From Bilabrum cf. latius (taxonomy: Eukaryota): DNA of 64,000 nucleotides. Location: positions 930,001 through 994,000 of the forward strand of contig OZ237749.1 in NCBI GenBank assembly GCA_965178125.1, written 5' to 3'. The notes beneath the pieces are model-generated. The model made no database searches, was not told the origin of the DNA, and worked only from the letters and a program-made list of their open reading frames with translations. This document shows, one piece after another, positions 47,501 to 61,000 of the stretch. The translations under genes were made by a program, and so were the position numbers. Positions within the stretch are counted from its first letter, which is position 1, and each line of letters opens with the position of its first letter.

Positions 47501-49603
47501 TTCTTCCTCATCCTCTGCCTCCTCATCCTCCCCCTCCCCTTCCTATGGCTCGCTGGCCTCGCCGACCTCCCCTCCCTCACCATCCTCATTGCCGGCAGCG
47601 GCCCCGTCCTAAGCAGCAGCACCATCCTCATTGCCGACAACAGCCCCGTCCTAAGCATCAGCCCCATCCTCAATACTCGGCCCCTGGACAGCAGCAGGCA
47701 CGTCGCCCAATGCCTGCCGCAGCGCATCCTCAGCCCCCGAGTCGGGCACAGCGCCAGCCGCCTGCCTCACAGCGTCCGCCAGGTCCGCCGCAGTGCTGGC
47801 CACCGCAGCCCCAGACATGGCAGCACCCTGGGAGAACCTCTTCTCGGCCAGCTCTGCCTCATGCACGCCGTACACCACCGGGGCCTCATCGTCCGGCAGT
47901 GACACGCCACCCTCACCCTCACCACCGGCACCATCGCCGCTAGCCGCACCCAAGGTGCCGTTGCCGCTGGCAGCTGCAGCCCCGCCATCACTGGTGCCAT
48001 TCGTACTACCACCAGCAGCTTTCCCTGCCTCTTCGCTGCCATGAGCATCCCCTGCAGCCTTCTTCAGCGCCGACACAGCCGCACCCGCCCCCTCAGACAC
48101 CCCATCCAGCGACACGGGCGGGTGCGCCTGCACGATTTGCAGCAGCTTGTTCAGCGCGCCCTCCACCTCGGTGGCTTCCTTGTGCATGTCCCCGTCAGCA
48201 CGCTTCAGACCCTCCAGCAGCAGCCGCACGGCCGCCACCCGCCCCGCAAACTTGCCCAGGTACTCCTCCTCCAACGTCCGGACGCCCCCGACGGCCTTCT
48301 GCGCCGCTCGCACGGGCGCCAGCAGCAGCTCCCTCTGCTTCCTGAGGACCTGCTCCTTCTCCCTGAGCTCCTTGCGGGCCTCACGCCTGGCCTCGCGAGC
48401 CACCTTGTCCGCGTTGGCTCGCGCCTCGGCCACCTCTGCACTGGCCCTCTGCTTGAGCACCTTTTGCTCCTCCTGGGCTTGCTGCTTCCTCGCCGAGAGC
48501 TCCTCCTGGAGCTGTGCCCTGGCACTCTTCAGCGCGGCGAGGGCATCGTCCCTCTCGTGCTGGGCTTGACCCTCCATGGCCTCCTGCGCGTCCTCCCTCG
48601 CGTCCTTGGCCTGCCTCTGCGCGCTCTCGAAGGTGGCGGCCACCCGCTCCAAGGCAGATTTGGCGCGCGCCGTCTCCTCCGGGGAGGGCTTGAGGCGATC
48701 CATGACACCCATGACCAGGTCGCTGGCCGCGCGCGGGAGCTGCTTCGCCTGGTCCAGGGCCTCCTGTTCCAGCCGCTCCAGCTCATGCAAGGGGGTGGAC
48801 TCCCCGCCCAGAAGCAGTGTCTCGTTGCTGAGGTGCTCCAGGCCGGTGCTTGGCCGAAGCATGCTGATCCACCAGCTTCCCGTGGTTGCATTGCAGAACA
48901 GGCAGCTCTGATCTTGAGGGTCATCAACTTCGATTTCATCCTCAGCGGTTTTCGTCCCATGAATGCTGGACGCGTCCGTTGCATTGCCTACCGTAGCATT
49001 CCCATCGCCAGCGCCGTCGAAAGATCCTAGCGCTGGGCTGGAAACGGCGCCCTACGTAGTATTGTCAGCGGCTGGATGCATAACCTACTATTCTTGCGTT
49101 CCATTCTATGCGCCTATTCTGCTTCCTTGCGAGCGACTGTGCCGAAGAGCACCGGACTGCTGCTCCCGACCAGAAACAAATCGCAGGTCCTGTTCTGTCG
49201 AACTCAGCTGCGACTTTATCCCTTCCCAGACGCTACTTGCATCACCTAGCGTCTCCCCGGAATCTCTTCGATGCTCTGTGAGGTCGAAAGAGTTAGCGGT
49301 GGCATCAACATCGGGGTGTGGGGAGGCCGTGGAGCGCAGCTGCATGCGAGCTCATTTCGTGTGCTTACCGGCGCCAGCGTGCGTATGGCTCGACAATGTG
49401 GATCTATGTTCGATTCTCTCCCAAACAGATGGCCCTGCGAGTAGGGGATGAGCAAGCATAGACTACAACATGGGCCTCGATTTGCAGCACCGAAGTGGGT
49501 GCACCTGACTGCTCGACTCATACTTACGTTTGGTATTTATTCCAAAGGATACATTGGACAATGCATATATTACCACCAATATCAGGGGCAATCGCCCCAT
49601 CAT
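41582..49603 (-). CDS. Giant secreted acidic coiled-coil protein, ~2610 aa, 17 internal TAG
   Basis: Signal peptide MMGRLPLILVVIYALS. Introns 49435-49527 and 49276-49368. One frame through TAG at 49106, 49088, 49085, 49052, 47651, 47609, 47543, 47468, 47027, 46235, 45365, 44642, 44462, 44087, 43976, 43319 and 42188 to TGA. Confidence 0.75.
43441..43512. repeat. Two-copy 36-bp coding tandem repeat (EDEGEDG(N/D)VQA)
   Basis: cagcctgcacat(c/t)gccatcctcgccctcatcttcg twice. Confidence 0.9.
47579..47662. repeat. Two-copy 42-bp coding tandem repeat, each copy containing an in-frame TAG
   Basis: accatcctcattgccggcagcggccccgtcctaagcagcagc / accatcctcattgccgacaacagccccgtcctaagcatcagc. Confidence 0.9.
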
Positions 49604-49826
49604 TTGCGGATTCGGTTGCAATTTTGCGATTCGGTCGAGAGCCAGTTGAAGCGCGGTATCTGGTTTGACAGTGTTTGTAAGGTATATTTTGAAGCGAAGC
49701 TCCGGTCTCGGTCCGTGCTCCTGCTTGCGCTCTCGGCGGACGCACCTGCAAGGATTTCAATCGCGAGATTATCAGTGCAGCTGAGGCAAACAAATATGGT
49801 TGTCTAATTACATATCAACACACAAA

Positions 49827-51885
49827 ATGGGTTGTTTTCACAGCCAGGTACTGCCCAAAGACGCAGCATTTGGCCAGGAAAGCACTCGCTCCAAGCCAAA
49901 TGGCACCCCCGCCGGGCCCGTATCAAAAGTACCGAATGAATAGACCCTTAAGGCTCGTGTAGTCAAACAAGGTCAAGGATCCTCAACGCAGTAGACATTT
50001 GCACCCGAAAACGCGACCAGCGAGCCAAACGGACAGATTGACAGTGATGCGCACCCCGCAAAGCATCTCTCTGGAGCAAGTATCCACTTGACTGTTGCCA
50101 TTGGTGAGTAGTACAACATTTGAATTTTAAGTCCCGGATCCTGCGATGAGTCACTGCTCGCGGCTCGCATGACTGCCACTTCGTTTGACGGCCGCAGGTA
50201 TCACCCGAGCGAATTCAAGCTCAAGGCATGATCGGATACTGCAGGGGCTAGAGACGGACAGCTTGCTGCAGGACAGATCGTTAAGAGCAGCATCAAGATA
50301 CAGGCAGGCAGCAAGTGCTACCCTTGATGCGATTGGAAGTAGTGTAAAGACGATCAGCGTTCTTGGTGTTGGAACGTCCGATTCAACGCCGATCTGCTTT
50401 GGGTACTCTCAAGTCAATTCTAAGGCAGCATCACAAGCAGTACTCTCCAAGAGCATCGATGCGTGCGCTGCTTCAGGAGAGGGTGACCACCCGATCCGGC
50501 TTGGTCCCGCGCTTGCCTACGCCACCAGGCAGGCACTCGAGGTGAATTCCACGGCTGTGCTTGTGGTGCTCGCTGCGGAGCCTCCGCACCCGGACCCAGT
50601 GAAAATTAATGATAGCAGCAAGTCCAATACCGCCAGTACGCAGGACTACGAGGCTGCTGACATGCAGCCGTTCGCTGCTACTGCCTCAGCCCTGGCGGTG
50701 GCAGCCAAAGCTGGTGTCCTAGTGCTCTTCGTGTTCGTGGGTGATGTGGACAGGCCCGCGGTCGATATGCTACGACAGCAGCTTCCCTCCGATCGACCGG
50801 CAGCAAACATAAAGGTGATTCCGTCCGAGGTTGTCGCGGACCGTTCCATGCCCGGGTGCTGGAACGCGCGCGAGCTGGCGCGCCTTGCGCACGTGATCAA
50901 GGCCGGATTCCAGCAAGCAGTCGATACAGCAGTCGAGTTGAAAGCAGATCTGATGGACGACTTGGAAAGGGATCCCGTGCTCCACGCTCTGCAGCGCAAG
51001 AGCCTCTTCAGTCTCGCAAGGGCAGATCGGATGCCGGGTCACAGGCAGGTGCGCAGGTTCGACGAGCAAAACCTGACGTAGTCATCGTCGGATCCAGCTC
51101 AGGTAGAAGACGGCAAGCCCCACGAGCGACCTCCTCACAGCCATTCCCACCTTTCAGGGATCAGGGAAGCACCAGAAGGGCCATCCCCCACGGACCTGGA
51201 GCTGGGCGCGCCCTTGGACGAGACGGCCCAAGGAGGGCGAGAGCACCCCAACGGAGGGGGCGTCGGGCGTTCCTCGCGGCTGCTCCTGGCCCAGCTGGGG
51301 GATTCTCAGAGGGCACTCGCGAGTGGCGATCTTGTGGTGCAGGACCCAACGAGGTACTACCCTCGAGGGGTCAGCGGCGGGAAGGGGTCCTCCTCCAGGG
51401 TCACGTTCCAATTGGAGGGGCAGCTCGAGGGAGCCCAGCACGACTTGTTCGACTATGCCAAAGCCGGCGCACAGCACCACCACCAAGACGAGATGCCAGA
51501 GCTGGAAGCATCCGCACGCGATCCATCGCGCCGCGCCGTGAGCCTGGATGAGGCCATGCGGCAGCGCGGGGCCATGGCCAGCCGGTCCTTCAGCGTGACG
51601 GCGCAGGTCGCGGACAATGGGATGGTCATCCCGTCGGGGCGCACGCAGTCTCACCAGTCCTTGCTATCTCACCAATCCAGATTTTCCAGCGCGGCGATGC
51701 AGCACGACACTGGGTCTGCGATGCCTACCGACTCTGGCTCGCACCACGCCTCTGTGACAAACTCTGTCCGCAGTAGCCGCGAGGCAGAGATGGATTGGTG
51801 GCGGTAGGCATACGATCAGGCCGAACAAGACGAACAAAGCGACACGGATTCCCAAGCAGCCGCCGGCGGCTCATTCATGACGTGA
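49827..51885 (+). CDS. Putatively N-acylated (MGC) protein with degenerate copine-like vWA domain, ~654 aa
   Basis: MGCF start. Intron 50104-50197 gives LTVAIGITRAN (cf. copine L.VAIDFT.SN). VLFVFVGD. TAG at 49941, 49992, 51079 and 51805. Ends TGA. Confidence 0.65.
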
Positions 51886-52079
51886 TTTATTGCTCGATAA
51901 TTATGAGCTCTCCGAGTCATGTGACAATCATCAGTGGACGGCATTCGACAACGGCTTGAAGCAAGTGGGCCTTGGGCTTTGCGCCAAATTGAGTTGACTG
52001 ACAGATTTCGAAGCATTTATGAGGATCTGCGCAGAACTTACACATGCCTTGGTCTGGCCGAGCCGGTCCTACACAAGTA

Positions 52080-55000
52080 TCACTTCCCGTCTAGCTGGGA
52101 GGCAACGCCCCCAATGTGCGCGAGGATGCCCTGTGCGGATACCGCCTGGACTTCATCGACACCGGCTGTAGCACTCCCGCCCCCATCTGGTGATGACGCT
52201 ACACCGGATCCTCTCTTCACTGCCGCCTTCTACCTCCCGCCTGCGACGCGCTGCCTCGCGAGTGTCCTGGAGGCCCCTGCCGCCGGCACTCTCCTCCTGC
52301 CGTGGCTGCGGCTCATGGCCCGGCCGCCCAAGCTCCCGAGGCCCCTTGCCCTGGACATGGCCCTCGAGCTGCTGGTCCTGCTCATGGCCCGGCTCACCGC
52401 CCTCGAGGCCGACCGGGAGCTGGACCTAGGCCTCTCGGGGGTGTAGCCCTGCGCAAGCGCGGTGTCGGGCGTGAAACCCTCCTTCTTCATCTCGCGGATC
52501 TCCATGGGATTGTACTGCTTCTTCGCTCGGGTCGCGCTCGTCGAGTCATAGTAGTGGTGGTACCGCCCTCCCGCCCTCCCGCGTGACCTGGTGGCCTGCG
52601 CCGTCACGTTGTGCACGAACCGCATCAGGGCGTCGTCGCCGGAGGGGCCCGGGGACGAGCCCTGGAGCGAGGAGTTCGCACTCGTCACGCCAGCACCCCG
52701 ACGGACGCCTCGCCTGCCACGCGGCCGCTCCGTGCGCCTTCTCGAGCTAACGCCCGCCCGGGCCGATGCCTTGGACCCGAACCCCCCCCTGCCCCCCGTG
52801 CCCAGACTGCGGCCCGCCCCCACTGGTGCAGCCTGGGCGGACCCGGGACTGCCGAGCCCGCCCCGTGACGCGGCCCGCAAGCCCGCAAGCGCCGTCTCGA
52901 TGCCCTCTCTCCCGCTGGTGCTGCCCCCGACTTGGCCCCGCCTGGCTCGCGCCGCCACAGCCTCCGGCGAGGGCGACCGGGAGCCGCCTGCGGACGGAGG
53001 GCCCGAGCTGCCGCTGATCCCCGCCGCCGGAGCCACGCCCGACCGTGGGGTGCCCTTGTGTGCAACACCAGCCCCCGCATTGCCAACTGGTCGCTGCCTC
53101 GGCCTGCTATCACCCCTGCTACGAGACCTGTTCCCTGCCACGCCTCGTAGCCTGCGGCTGCGGGAGCGCTGCTGCCGCTCCATGGCGTGCTGTCTGGAAG
53201 CGTATCTCCCCATCCCCTTTCGCAACGGTGCAGCGTCAGCATCAGACACCCCGGTGCCTCGTTGGGTCCTCCCAGCTCCTGTGCCAGCTTCCTTGCCAGC
53301 ACCCTCAATCCCGGGCCCATCGGTGCCGCCCCCAGCCCTCATGTCGCTGTCCCTCCGTGGCTTGGACTCCAGCGTGCTGGTACTACTGAGCCTGCCATCG
53401 CCCTTGCCCGCCGAAGCTGCCGCTGCAGCCGCTGCACCCTGCCTGCGGGTCGGAATTGCAGAGGTCCTGCCCGTGCGCCACACGGCAGCGGCGGGCTGCT
53501 TCCCCTTTTCGGCGGACGAGGGCGACTTCTTTGCGTGCCTGCGCCGAGTGGCTGTGCCTTCCTTGGCCCCTCCCGCACTGCGTCTATCCGCAGGCACCGA
53601 GGTTCCGCCTCTTACCGGAATCGATGCGTCGCGCTCTGCTCGTGCAGCACGACCAGGGTCTGCAGTAGATCCTTCGCTGCTCTTCTTCTTCGGCTTGGGC
53701 AGAACGGGCGGCTGGATCGAGCTGCGGCGGCGCTGGGCCGGCCTGCCCGCCGCGAGCCTGGCCCACTTGTCCTCCTTGGCCCAGCCCTATGGGCCGCTTT
53801 TACCAGGACCGTCCCCTTCTGCGCCTTCACCGCCGCCTCCTACGCTTGCGCTGCCTTCGACATGAGGGCTGGGCTGCGCCTCACCACCATCCTCGCCCTG
53901 CTTGCGTGTGCCAGGCCCACCGAACGGCACAACAACCTCTGTGTCCGTGTCTGAATCATCATTGCTGCCAGCAGAAGATGCTGCGTCTTCGCCTGCTCTG
54001 TCGCTTCCAATGGCTGCAACCCCAGGCCGATCGGCATTGCCTTCCAGTTCACCGTCGTTCGACCGTTCTCCAGCCGGTATCTTGCCCTCATCATCCTCTC
54101 CACTCGGTCGATCGTCCACTGCATCGTTGCCACTCCCTACTGCGTCAGCATCGGCCTTGCTATCAGAATCTCCGCTGCCGACTCGTGTAGCCTCGGCTGC
54201 CCCCGCCCGCTCTGGCTCCGGCTCTGGCTCTGGCTCCGCCTCTGGCTCTGGCTCCGCCTCTGCTGGCTCTGGCTCCGCCTCTGGCTCTGGCTCCGGCTCG
54301 GCATCGTCCACGCCCATGGCGCTGCGGAGCTGTGCCGATTGCCCTGGACCCACAGACACGCCCGCGTCCAGCACCATCGGTCCCACAGCCGCCTGCTCCC
54401 GCGCCCAATCACCCGCGGTTGGTTGCTGCCCGAGAGCTCTCTTGGCCTTCGCCGCGTCATCCTCGCCGGCACCATGATCCCCACCGTCCCCATCGCCGTC
54501 AGCATTGTCATCCTCGCGCTCGCCGACTGCTTCCAGCTCCGGCACAGGCTCGAGCACGGCCGATCGCTCCGCCAGCGAGCTTCTTCCTGGCCTAGGTGCA
54601 ACCTCAAGAGGCCCCCTTCTGTCCCGGCTCTTCTCCTCCGTGCCATCCCCGCTGACGCCGTCGCGGCCACTGGTTCCGCCCGCTCCCTGATCGGCCTTCT
54701 TGGCCTTGTCCTCCGCGCGCTTCAGCTTTTTGTTGAGCTGTACCACCTGCTTCTTGTACTCGGCCAGCCGAACCTTGAGCTGGCGCTCCTGCTCGCTGGT
54801 CAGGGGCGACGACGGAGCGCTCCGGGTCCTCTTGGCGGCGCCCGGCCTGCCCGCCGCGCGCCCATCACCGTCCTTCGTGGGTGAGAACAGTCCGAACCCC
54901 AGACCGGCTGGGTCACCATCAGCTGGGCCCTCGCCCTCCTTGGACTCAGACCCCTTGGCGCCCTAACCGCCCAGGGTACTACCGGCAGCAGCGGCCTGGG

Positions 55001-58000
55001 CCAGCTCCAGGGCGGCCTGCAGGTTCCTTGCCTTTCTCCTCTCCTCCTGTGCCTGCTTCTCTGCTCGGTCCAGCTCGGCTGCCAGCACCTTCACCTCCTG
55101 GCCGTGCGACTTGCGTCCGCCGTCCACCACGGCTGCGATCCGTCCCTCCGCCGCCTCCTTGGCTCGTCTCTCTCTTGCAGCGTCCTCCTTGGCGGACCGA
55201 AGGGCGGAATCAGCCGAGACCAGCTGGCTGCGCAACCGCCTCACCACGTGGTCCTGATTCTGCGCGTCAACCGCTTTAGAGGCACGGCCCAGCCGCAGCC
55301 GACGGAGCCGGGCCGCGAAGGCCAGGCACTTGGCAGTGTCTGCAGCCGTGGCAGGGGAGGGACTGGCAGTGCAAAGCAGGGATAAGAGCCCGGGCCCGTC
55401 TTCCGACAGCACGTCCTGCAGCATGTGCGTCACCTGCGAGGCGCGGTAGGGCACCTTGGACTGCTTTTTCTCTATGGCTTCCACCACGCGGCCCAGCGCG
55501 GTCAAGCTGTGAGTCGCGGGGCCTGACCCCGAGCCGTCTCCTCTCCTACCTCCATCGCTGGGAGACCCCTTGCTTTCCTTTGACCGGCCCATCGGACCAA
55601 CCCAGCGCTTGCCTCCTGGCGTTGATCTGCCGCTCCCGTGCTTGGACATGGGAGATCCGCCGGGGCCGGAGCGGTCTGGCACTTCCATCCAGGCCAGGTC
55701 CACAAACATGAGCCGCCCGTGCATGCGGGCCTGCGGAGAGAACAGCGCAGAGGCCTAGCCTACCTGTCCGCTGCCCGGGTACCCCTCGGTGCCTGCTGCA
55801 GGCGAGCGCCCACCGCGAGCTGGCTGCAGCACGGGCAGCATGGAGCCTTGGGCCTGCGCTACAGCCGAGGGCATGGCGGGCATGGAGTGAGATGGGACCA
55901 TCCGCCTCCCTGTCATGGAGCCTGGACTGGCCACGCCGTGGATGCTAGAAGGTGCTCCGGGAATCGGCCGGTCAGTACTCGGCTCCATTCCGCTCAGCGT
56001 GATGCGGCTGTCGAGTCCGTCGTCCGCAGCACCGTATGCAGGCCCCTCCACGTCTACCACCACGAAGAAATGCGACCGCCGCAGGTGTTCCCTAGGCCGC
56101 AGCAGCCCGTGCTTTCTCGTCTCTATCGCCTGGCGAAACACGGCCACCAGCTCTGGCGTGCTCGATACGATTTCCCGGTGCGCACCTTCCAACCGCACGG
56201 CGCCCTGCGAGCCGCCGCCCCGAACCACCACTTCAGGCAGCCCACGCGTGTCGGCCGTCACTGCGTGGTGATGGTGATGATGCTGCTGCAAGTGGTGCCC
56301 CGTGCTCCCGCTGGAAGATCCGAGAGAAGAGGCGGCAGCTGCCGAGAAGGAGCCCTTGGCCTGGGCCTCCTTGATCCTGGAGGCACTGCTGCTCAGAGCC
56401 GGAGACTGGGACTGGGAGGGGGACTGGGAGGGGGAGGCAGGGCCCCCGCTGCCGCTGCCGGTGCGATGCAGAGCACCTGCCTTGCTGCCCTGCAACAGGT
56501 CGAATACACGATTCTGGAACACCTCCACCACGCTCAGCCGCACGGCGTATTTGAACGCATCTACCGGATCGCTGGGGGGCTCCTCCCCCTCTGGGCCCAG
56601 TCCGGAGCTGAAACCGAGGCCGCTCGATCCGCCCCTCTCGGTAGCAGCCTTCTCCAGTCGTTCGGCAGCGATCCGAGCCGCATCCGCTCTCGACATGAGC
56701 CCGTTGCCTCGAGCATGCAGCACTCGGAGCAGCTTGTCCACGGAGCGCAGGCACAGACCAGGGTACGTCCCGTCCGGTGAGCCGCAGATCGAGTGGGTCT
56801 TGCCGGAACCAACAGGTCCGTAGGCCAGCAAGCAGGCATGGAGCCCATCTGCTGCTGCCTGCACCAGGTGCTCATGGTGCCGGTAGAGCCCCATCTGCCC
56901 CACTGATGGCCCCAGGACTCGGTCCAAGCAGAACGGCCTCCAGGCGTATGCCTTGGACCCGCGCTTGCCCTGGGTCGAGTCGTACACGGCCAGGTCCTGG
57001 TCGCTGAGCACCTGCACGCAGCTGCCCACGTCCCTCGGCTGCAGGTTGGAGGAGCAAGGGGCAGAGAGTCCCCCGAGTGAGCCGTCGCCCCGCTTGGCGG
57101 AGGCGGGGTACTCACTAAAGTCCAGCTCAAGCCCGGTCCCGCGGCGGTGCATGTCCCCAGGCGCCCCTGTGAAGGTTCGCCGCAGGTCACGACCGCTTCC
57201 GTCCTCCTCGACCATCGTGCCGATCCCTCCCGCACTCCCACCGGGCCCGGTGTGCTCCACGAACGCCTCGTCGTGGTGACCCCCCATCGAGTCCCCGAAC
57301 CCCGACAGCCGCAGCCACCTCGCCTTCGCCTCCTCCCTGAGCCCCTCGAACCTCGCCCTAGCCTCCGAGGTACCCGCACCGTCAGCAAGCAGCCCGATCA
57401 ACACCCGCTCGCTCGCGACCTCTTCCACGGAGGGCGGCCTCACCCGGCAGCACACCACCACCCTACCGCTTGACCTGTGCATCTCACCCAGCAGCGCCGC
57501 ATTCTCCACCACGAGGGCCGCGCACCTTCGCAAAAGCCACGCCATGTACCCCCGGTCCCTGTCCGTCCCTGGCACAGCCCTCCGTAGCACCAGCTGATTG
57601 CTGGGCTCGTCCGCCGACGGGTCATCGTGCCGTTGCACGCGCCCTTCCTCCCCGCGCACGACAAGCGCCACCGCAGCCTCGTCGTCCCGCAGAACGATCG
57701 CGTACCCCTCCTCGTCGTCCAGCGACCACTGTGAGGACGCGCGATCCCGCCCCATGGACTAGGCCGCGTCCCTGCGGCGCGCACCCAGCTGGGTCGTGCG
57801 CGAAGAGGGGACCAGCTGCAAGGCACGGCCGTTCGCGTACGCGCGCCCCCACGCGTCCGTCGACTAAGCCATGACCGCGCTCCACAGGGCGGCGGCGTTC
57901 TGCGACTCGCGGCTGTCTGAAGGAGGCCGCGGGGGTTCCCCGCCAGCCTCACTTCCCGATGAGCCTTCCCGTTCCTTGTCCCTGTTCCTGTCTCGGCCGG

Positions 58001-61000
58001 ACACCGAGCCGAAGGCGCTGACGGCCTCGCTGGCTCGTCTTCTGCCACCCACCGCGCGAGAAGCGCTGTCTTCTTCAACACCGTCCCCGAAACTGTCCCC
58101 AGACGCACCAACAGATCGAGCCTCGCTCCCTGCCCTGTTGCTGGCGCCGATCTGCCCTGCAGGGGCCGAAGCGCCGCGGCTTGACTGCTCCCCTGCAGCT
58201 GCCACGGCAAGCGCAGAGGCATGCGAGCCTCCCACGCGCGCCTCCCCGTCGAACCCCTCCGCTGTGGTACGCAATGAGGCCTGCATGGCGGCGTCCAGCC
58301 GGGCGGCAGCCGCGAGCGCGGCCGCTTCTCGCTCGGCTGCTTGGTCCCACGTGCGTCCGGCGTCCCAGCTGGACGCGCCGACGCCAGAGGCAGCCAGGAA
58401 GCGGAACCCGAACCCCGACCGCAGGTGCTCGCCGTCCTGCAGACCATCTGCGTCTCCCGGCCGCAGCACAGACGCCCCTTGCCCGTCTTGCGCCGCCTTA
58501 CGCACCTCTGGCAGCGCGTGTGCCCCTGCAGCCACCTCTGCGGCATCCCTCGACAAGATCTCCACCAGGCGGTGCAGACGGGTGGCCAGTTTCTGCACGT
58601 TGCCGTGCTGGCCCAGCGCCCCCGCCGATGTGGCAGCCCGCCCCTTTTTATCCACTACGTGGTGCCCCCGAGTGAGCAGCTTGGAGGCCATGGCCTGGGA
58701 CACTCGGGCGCGGGAGGCCAGCGCGGCCAGCTGGACCTTGGCCTGCTGCAGCCCTGCAAAGGCGCCCTCGCACCGGAGGTAGATGGCTCGCAGGCTCTGG
58801 GGCTTGTCCGTGCTGGACCGGATGCCCTCGAGCAGGGGCGGCCAGGGCAGCGAGGAGTACTGCTGGGGCGCGATCACGGCGGGTGCCAGGCCAGAGGCCG
58901 TGTCCAGGTCCAGCTGGGACCACCGGGAGGCGGCGGTGGAAGGGGTGTTCTCCCGCTCGGGCTCCCGCTCGGGCTCGGGGCCGTCTGCCGCCGCGCTGTG
59001 CATCGAGGGCGCGGCGCTGGCGAACTCTAGCTGCAGCTCGGCGGTTTCCCCGCCCGGGGATGCGGATCTCGAAACGTTGGCGCTGACTGGAGGTAGTTCC
59101 AGGCGGTGTCCCGCGGTGCCGTTGACCTTTGCCTGCCCCACGCTCCCCTGTGCCTCCCACGGGGGGCCCCCGTACCCGTACATGGCCCCGAAGTAGCCCT
59201 TCCAGCCCATCACTCCGTCCGGCCAGCCCCTGCCTGCGCTGCCCCTCACCTGCGCGTGCGCCTCCTCGTCGTCCGCTCGGATGAACTTGACACCAATGTC
59301 CCCGTGTATGCCCGTGTGCCACTGCCGCAGCGAGTCCAGTGACTTGGGCTCCACCCCCCTGAGGCCCCTAGCCTCCAGCGCCTGGTTGGCGCTGTCCCAC
59401 CACTTGAGAGAGAACGAGAGCAGCCGGCGGAGCCTCCACACTGCCTGCTCCGTGATATCCAGGTGTTTCTTTCTCTCCTGCAGCTCCCTAGTTGCCCTCC
59501 GTACCGCGTCCTCGTACAGCATCAGCGCCTCCCTGTGCTCCACACTCTCTGCTGCGGCCCTCTGCACATCCTGCTCCAAGTGAGACACGCGCTCTCTCAG
59601 CACCTGCACCTGTAGCTGTGCCGCCGCCGAGGACTGTCGCGTGCCCATTCCCGTGCCTCCGTTCTGCAACCCACCCGAGGCACCATCTGCGGCTGCGGCT
59701 GCTGCCGCCTGTGCCGCCGTGAAGCTCCGCAGCTTGTCCCTGGCCTCGTCCCTGCCACGGATCGCCCGCTCCGCCCTGGCCGCAGCCTCGTCCGCTCTTG
59801 TTCTCTCGGCGCGGACGTCCTTGAGGAGCTGTTCCACCTGGGCCCGGGCCTGAGTCAGAGATGCCTCAGCTCTCTGGGCCCGGGCAGCAGTTTGCGTGCT
59901 TTGGGAGCTGCCAACTGCGCTGCTGGCGCTGCCTGCTGCAGCGGAGGGCGATTGCTGTAACGCCGCCCGGGACGCTAGCTGCGCTCCCATAGGTCGAGCT
60001 CCTGCCCCTGCGGAGTCGCTGCGCCCATGCATCGTGACGTCACTGGCTGAGCGGCGCTGGGCAGCCAGGGCCTCCGCTGTTGCGAGGGCTTTCTCTTCTT
60101 GGCTTCCAGCTGCCACGCCGGGAATTGCGGTTCCAGCGGTCATGTCGTCAGAAGAGGTTTTCTGCTCCAGGATGTAGGTGCTGGATGTGTTTGTCTCAAC
60201 GTGGGACTGCACGTGGTTGGATCGCAGCTCCTCCCGAAGGTGAATGATGATCTCGTCGCGCTCTCGGAGCAGTTGAAGAGCATTCTGCGATACTTTCAGA
60301 GGCACGCAGTCAAGTTGGAATTGAAACTTGAAGCACAGGTGTCGTCCAATGCGCCCTGAACGGCTGCTGAAGACGACGGCGGAATTGCAGCTTGCATGGT
60401 CGCAACTGCAACAACCGCCGTGCCAATTCCCCGGGGAAGCAACTCGACGCCTGGCCAGCAACAAAAAGCGATATGCGCACAAATTCTATGATTCGCAACG
60501 CGGAACCGCAGTGGCAGCTTACCTTTTGCGCGATCTCAGCCTGAGTCCGTTCGGCTTCACGCAGCCGCTTCTCTTCGGCAAGCTGAGCTTGAGCCTGACC
60601 AAGCTCTGCTTTCAGATCCAACCGCATCTATTCTTCCCGTTTCATGTCTTCCCTAAGGTTGTTGATGGCCTCTTCGGCCTCTACCAGCTGCTGGTGCGTC
60701 TCATCGTGTGACAGTGAGGCCGCCTCCAATTCACCGAGCAGCCCTTCTGCACGCTCCACGGATATCTTTCTCTCATCCTTCTCCTGCTGCAGCTCTTCGG
60801 CTGTCTCTTGCAGCTAGATCTGTACCGCCTCGTACTACTCTCCAAGCTGCTTGAGCTCGTTTTCCAGCTCAGACTCGATGGCCTCGCTCGATTTAGAATA
60901 CTTCTCAAAGTTCGATTGGAGCTCTTTCAACTCCGCTTTCCGGTCCTCAGCAAGTTCTTTCCAGTAATCAGCTTCGTCTCGAGCGGTTGCGAATACCCGC

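Noticed and set aside
34810-54300. CRISPR array, transposon or endogenous virus
   Set aside because: Repeats are two-copy or coding microsatellites. No spacer arrays, transposase, integrase, capsid genes or AT-rich island seen.
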